The position numbers were made by a program, and so were the translations under genes. A model generated the notes under the pieces. The model searched no databases and was not told the DNA's origin. It was given only the letters and a program-made list of their open reading frames with translations. Below are positions 59,497 through 64,000 of a stretch of DNA of 64,000 nt, piece by piece. The stretch lies in contig JBEKVV010000001.1 in NCBI GenBank assembly GCA_049513715.1, forward strand, positions 800,001-864,000, given 5' to 3'. This DNA is from Candidatus Bathyarchaeia archaeon. Its GTDB lineage: Archaea > Thermoproteota > Bathyarchaeia > 40CM-2-53-6. Every line of letters begins with the position of its first letter. Position 1 is the stretch's first letter.

Positions 59497-61056
59497 CTAG
59501 CCACCAACCACGACAAACTTGGCCACTAGAATCAGCAACCTCTCGAAGCGTCTGGGGGCAATGCTCCGGACGAACTCCACATCATCCTTCGTCAATATGT
59601 GGAACGCGCGCAAGGAACCAGTGTAGATTGCGGCCCCAACCACCACCATAATGGGCAGCATCAGGAGTTTTATCAAGAACGTGTGGAAGAACGCAAGGAC
59701 CACGAACACGACGACCCCCATCAATGTCGAAGCGCCCGCTGCGCCGAGGAAGGCTTTGAGGTCGATTTCCAGAAATCCGCTCCTTTGAACCGCAATTGCG
59801 TAGATTAGGGCGGCGAGAATCATCAAGCTCGCCCGCCCAAAAGCGGGGCCACTTAAGCCAAGAATCGGTGTAAGAACGTACGACACTATTAGAAGACTGA
59901 TGAGGCCGAGCACGTTAGCGCCCGCGTACCATTTGAGCTCGCCAAGAGCCAGAAGCACACCAGCATAGACTGCCCCAACCGCCGCCAACCCCGTCACAAT
60001 GGAAACGATCATGGAGGGCGCCAGGCCTGCAACATAATCGAGTCCGAAGATTCGCAGAGCAACTTGAGTGATCGCGGCAAAACCGAAGGCAATGGGCAAG
60101 ACGACGATGGAAACGTACCGGGTATACGTGCGTACCATATGACGCATCTCCCGCTTCTTGTTTGAAGCATGCAGGGCGGAGAGGGCTGGGAGAAGCACGG
60201 TGACCAAGGCGTATGGTGCGAAGCCTGCGAAACTGGCCGCGACGATTGCCACGTTATAGATTGCCAGCTCCTGCAAACCCCGCTGGGCCAAAGTGAAAAT
60301 CTTGTCCGCCTGATTGATTGCGAAACCAATCAAAGCGCTGAACAGGGTATAGAGCGAATACTTGGTTAGGTCGGAAACAGAGAACCCCGTGGCCTTGTCA
60401 CTCCCGCCATGAATTCTTCTCAGGGATCTTTGAAGGGCGATTGTTAGCAGAATGGCGTCGCCAATAATCCAACCAACCAGCACACCGACTATGACGTATG
60501 GAACCAGGAGGAGAGAGGCCAGAGTATACCGAGCCACACTCCACAGAATGAGGTAGATCGTGGCGCTCCTCATCTCCCCGAGAGCGATGAGTGAGCCAAT
60601 GCACACTTGTGCTACTCCGAGTACTAGAACATCCACGGCCGAGAGTTGAATGTAGATTGGCAGGATTACTTGGCCACCAATGAACGGTGCCACAGCGCCT
60701 GGAACCAGCGTCAAGACCACTGCGATTATCCCACCAAGAATCACGGCCGAAGCCAGACTGATCCTGAAAACCCTCGCGACGCTCTTTTGCGACCCTTTCG
60801 CCACGAATTCAGGCAGAAACTTGAGAACCGCTTGCGGCGCGGGGATGGGAGATTGAACGGTCACGGGTTGCGCAAGTATACAGATCGTAACCAAAAGCCA
60901 GATCGTAATGTTCAGTGCCGTAACGATTCCAACTTGCGTCGTTGAGCGCAGAATGTTTGTCAAAACCAAGAAGTAGAGCGTGTTCGCCAACAGTACAACG
61001 ACATTGGCCACATAGAGTGAAGTAGCGCCTCTCGCTACGGAAGCTTGACTTTCCAA
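59497..61056 (-). CDS. Oligosaccharide flippase (Wzx/MOP superfamily)
   Basis: About 14 TM; VARGATSLYVA, INQADKIF and LLPALS. Confidence 0.85.
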   Translation of the reverse strand: MESQASVARGATSLYVANVVVLLANTLYFLVLTNILRSTTQVGIVTALNITIWLLVTICILAQPVTVQSPIPAPQAVLKFLPEFVAKGSQKSVARVFRISLASAVILGGIIAVVLTLVPGAVAPFIGGQVILPIYIQLSAVDVLVLGVAQVCIGSLIALGEMRSATIYLILWSVARYTLASLLLVPYVIVGVLVGWIIGDAILLTIALQRSLRRIHGGSDKATGFSVSDLTKYSLYTLFSALIGFAINQADKIFTLAQRGLQELAIYNVAIVAASFAGFAPYALVTVLLPALSALHASNKKREMRHMVRTYTRYVSIVVLPIAFGFAAITQVALRIFGLDYVAGLAPSMIVSIVTGLAAVGAVYAGVLLALGELKWYAGANVLGLISLLIVSYVLTPILGLSGPAFGRASLMILAALIYAIAVQRSGFLEIDLKAFLGAAGASTLMGVVVFVVLAFFHTFLIKLLMLPIMVVVGAAIYTGSLRAFHILTKDDVEFVRSIAPRRFERLLILVAKFVVVGG

Positions 61057-61192
61057 GAATGGTGATTCTCCGGTTTGTGGGAGGCACTCTCCAGTGTGCT
61101 ATAAGTAATTTCAGTACACGCAAATCATGGTGCTCATCGAAGGTTTATTACCAATCGTCACGGAGCCTCACGCGATAAGGCAGGAATTTCCC

Positions 61193-61900
61193 GTGAAGGC
61201 GGCGATTCTCGCTGGGGGCGCAGGTACACGACTCTACCCCATCACGACCTATGTCCCAAAGGCCTTGCTTCCAATTGGCGGACGATTTGTCATCGAATAC
61301 ATCATCGACTACCTAAAACACCACGGAATCACAGAACTCGTCCTGTTACTCTCCGAAAGCGAGTTTGAGCTCGTCAGAAACCATCTCGGCGACGGAGAAC
61401 GGTTCGGCGCGAAGATCGAGTATTCTGTGGCCGATAGGATCGGAACCGCAGGAGCGGTCGGCGCTGCAGCCAACATACTCGGCGACCGATTCGTCATCTA
61501 CTACGGCGACGTCTTGACCGACATGAACTTACGGGAGATGATAGAGTTCCACGAGAAGAAGAAAGCCGTCTGCACACTGGCATTGAGCACGGCTGTGCCA
61601 ATTGAGTATGGCGTTGGGCAGGTTGCTTCAGATGGACGGGTCACGTATTTCCAGGAGAAACCAATCATCAAGGAATACCCAGTAAGCATGGGCATACACG
61701 TTGCGGAGAAGGAAGTTCTCTCATACTGTGCCCCTCACACGGACATAGCTCAAAACGTGATCCCACAGCTCCTACGAGAGAGCAAACCAGTTTACGCCTA
61801 TCTCACAAACGAACGCCACTATGACATTGGAACATTCAAAAGCCTAGAGGAAGTTCGAGAACTCCTCGAGAAGAAGAAGACGCTCTTCAAAAGTTCATAG
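61193..61900 (+). CDS. Sugar-phosphate nucleotidyltransferase
   Basis: KAAILAGGAGTRLYPIT..PKALLPI, GTAGA, YGD, EKP and DIGT. Confidence 0.92.
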   Translation: MKAAILAGGAGTRLYPITTYVPKALLPIGGRFVIEYIIDYLKHHGITELVLLLSESEFELVRNHLGDGERFGAKIEYSVADRIGTAGAVGAAANILGDRFVIYYGDVLTDMNLREMIEFHEKKKAVCTLALSTAVPIEYGVGQVASDGRVTYFQEKPIIKEYPVSMGIHVAEKEVLSYCAPHTDIAQNVIPQLLRESKPVYAYLTNERHYDIGTFKSLEEVRELLEKKKTLFKSS

Positions 61901-61910
61901 GCCTGAGCGA

Positions 61911-62075
61911 ATGGAAGGGTCGGTTGGCTTCAGCGTGTCCACATCTGACCTCGCCCAGCTAATCGCCAGGTCGGGCGTGAATTTGGACGACGTGTCGGTT
62001 GACGAAGCAATCCGGTATTACGCAAGAATGAGGGAGTTGGAGTTACGGAGAACCTCTACGATTCAAACTGATTGA
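61911..62075 (+). other. Possible antitoxin remnant followed by a truncated PIN-toxin start
   Basis: ...VSVDEAIRYYARMRELELRRTSTIQTD*; an overlapping frame gives ENLYDSN*LNY. Confidence 0.3.
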
Positions 62076-62130
62076 ATTACGCAAAGAGTTTTTTGAAGAG
62101 AAGAAAACTTTGTTTGGTCTTTTGCGTGAG

Positions 62131-63786
62131 TTATCGCCCGTTCTTTTTTCTTGCCGCAAATAGGGCAGCGAATACTAACAACCCCACTGACACCTGTATT
62201 AGCAAAGTAGTCCTGAACTCTGGCACGCTGTTTTGGCCACCAATGAGAATCTCGGTGGCACTGTTGGTGTATGTGAAGAAGACGTAATAGTTGTTCGCGT
62301 CGGTGAAGGTTGAAGGGCTGAAAGTGTCCGAGCCCGATATTACTACGGGCTCTCCGTTCAACAAAGTCTTTGGAATCACCATGTCCATTACACCAATCGG
62401 GTTTGATTGATCAGTTGTCGATATTCTAAGAAGCATTGAGGTTGAATTGTAGACGACGTTGCTAACCTGATTATTGCTTGTGATTTGGACGGTAGTCGGT
62501 ACTTGGGGCAGGTTCAATGGCACGGTCGCGAGGTTGCCGACGTGGCCGGTTTTGAGGAATGCAACTATGTCTTGTCGAATGAGGGGCTCGGTTGATGTTC
62601 CAAGCCATGTGTGAGAGTACGGTAGAGGGTCGAGTCTGGTCAGACCGGGTTGAGCGTTCTTGAACCATTGTCCTGCAGTTTGAACGCTGATCGTTCCGGA
62701 GTCATCTTTGCCCCATACTAGTATGTGTGGGATGGACACTTCGTTTGAGATTGATGCGGTCGTGAAAACCGATGGATCCGTGTGGGTTCCTGTTTCCGTT
62801 GGTCCAGTCAGCTCGGCATCCATTATCACTGCCAGGTCGAGGATTCTTTGGAAGTCGTGTGTTAGGGCCCAAGCTGAGGCCACGCCGCCCGCGCTCCAAC
62901 CAATCAGGTAGACTTGGCTCATGAGGAAACCGTGCTTCAGAAGAGCTCCAAGCACGAGCGGGAACGATGGAACGTTGGGCACATACCACCCAACGGGTGC
63001 GATGACGTTGAACCCTGCAGCTGCGAGGTAGTTGAGGAAGCCTGTTGTGGCGTCATCCAGTTGGCTAACTCCATGCAGCGAGTCGAGTTCGTAGCCGCCC
63101 CCAACGAAGATGACGGCGGGCAGCGTGGGTGAAGTTAGCTGAATGTATGACCCGCGCCCGCCTAACCCTTGCGAGTAATAGAGCACGGGGACGTTTCCGG
63201 AGGCGGAGGCGGTGTTCGTGGAGTAGGAGCCGTTGGATGTTGCGGCCCAGTTTGTTGTTGGGTCATTCATTTCGAGGGAGTAGTATGCGATGCTTGAGCT
63301 GGGGAATTGAGGGACCGTGAAGCTGAAGCGGAAAACTCCGTTGGAGTCCGAGGTGGCGTGCAGGTTGTTCGTCGGGTCATTATACTGCACCTGTACACCG
63401 GCTTCGGCTTTGCCGTACTGGTCACCAATGAACCCTGTGATCTGGACTACTTCGCCTGGATGAGCTTCGATGTTGCTTAGGATGAAGGCGTATTGACAGC
63501 AGTTGACGGCAGATGATGTTTGTGTTGACGGTCCACTGGTCGTAGTGGTGGTTTGAGTGCTGAGCTGAGTGGTGGTTGTCGAGTTGGTGGCTCCGTTTGT
63601 TGTGCTGTTTGTGAAAGTGGTATTTGCAGTTGTGATGAATGAGGTTGTTCCGGAACCAGACGATGTGTTTGTGAATGTTACCGACCCAGCAGAAACAGGG
63701 GTCAAGATGTGAGCGGACAGTAAGATTCCAACAACTAGGAATATGATGATTGCGAGTCTGCGCTTACGCGCCAGCAGGGTCATCAT
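62131..63786 (-). CDS. Secreted alpha/beta-hydrolase with Thr-rich linker and PEF-type C-terminal sorting signal
   Basis: Signal peptide; GWSAGG nucleophile elbow; WGKDD; YSH; VPEF-TM-RKKNGR. Confidence 0.85.
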   Translation of the reverse strand: MMTLLARKRRLAIIIFLVVGILLSAHILTPVSAGSVTFTNTSSGSGTTSFITTANTTFTNSTTNGATNSTTTTQLSTQTTTTTSGPSTQTSSAVNCCQYAFILSNIEAHPGEVVQITGFIGDQYGKAEAGVQVQYNDPTNNLHATSDSNGVFRFSFTVPQFPSSSIAYYSLEMNDPTTNWAATSNGSYSTNTASASGNVPVLYYSQGLGGRGSYIQLTSPTLPAVIFVGGGYELDSLHGVSQLDDATTGFLNYLAAAGFNVIAPVGWYVPNVPSFPLVLGALLKHGFLMSQVYLIGWSAGGVASAWALTHDFQRILDLAVIMDAELTGPTETGTHTDPSVFTTASISNEVSIPHILVWGKDDSGTISVQTAGQWFKNAQPGLTRLDPLPYSHTWLGTSTEPLIRQDIVAFLKTGHVGNLATVPLNLPQVPTTVQITSNNQVSNVVYNSTSMLLRISTTDQSNPIGVMDMVIPKTLLNGEPVVISGSDTFSPSTFTDANNYYVFFTYTNSATEILIGGQNSVPEFRTTLLIQVSVGLLVFAALFAARKKNGR

Positions 63787-64000
63787 CTTGAGAATTCTTC
63801 CTGTGGATCTGCTCGCATGGAGAGCCCTATTTCAGGTTTCAACCATCCCGAAGATTGATGCATCTAATTCGGTTTGGATGAGGTGGCACTTATGATGCAT
63901 GGGCCGAAGGAATATGAACGCATCCATGGGAGCGAGCACGGTAGGATATGGCACGTTGGAATGGGCAGACGCCTCCAGCTTCGAGCTGGGTCCGCGCCGG

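Overview
This is archaeal chromosomal DNA, most consistent with a TACK lineage such as Bathyarchaeia. That placement is an inference from TFB, Rpo12, aIF1/SUI1, EndA, archaeal-type GlyRS, CofE, a crenactin-type actin, CFI-box and PEF-type C-terminal sorting signals, many TTG starts and many zinc-ribbon tails. Positions 1-26 kb are an accessory, partly decaying region: surface and membrane proteins, peptidases, transporters, pseudogenes, and two dispersed copies of a Tyr/Gly-rich peptide cassette with a shared 3' hairpin. Positions 26-36 kb hold the two most striking loci, which face each other across tfb. One is a crenactin/arcade-like operon (AbrB-like gene, actin, arcadin-2-like gene, small degenerate Zn-finger gene). 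The other is a SUI1 / Zn-ribbon / membrane-protein run ending in a 921-aa protein that fuses two Cdc48-type AAA modules to a Lon (S16) protease domain. Positions 36-64 kb are mostly housekeeping: endA, glyS, sdhAB, tatAC, an MgtA-like ATPase, rpo12, an aminotransferase, hppA plus a relic of a second hppA, cofE, a flippase and a nucleotidyltransferase. I recognised no rRNA, tRNA, CRISPR array or intact mobile element. All family calls come from motif recognition by eye, not database searches.
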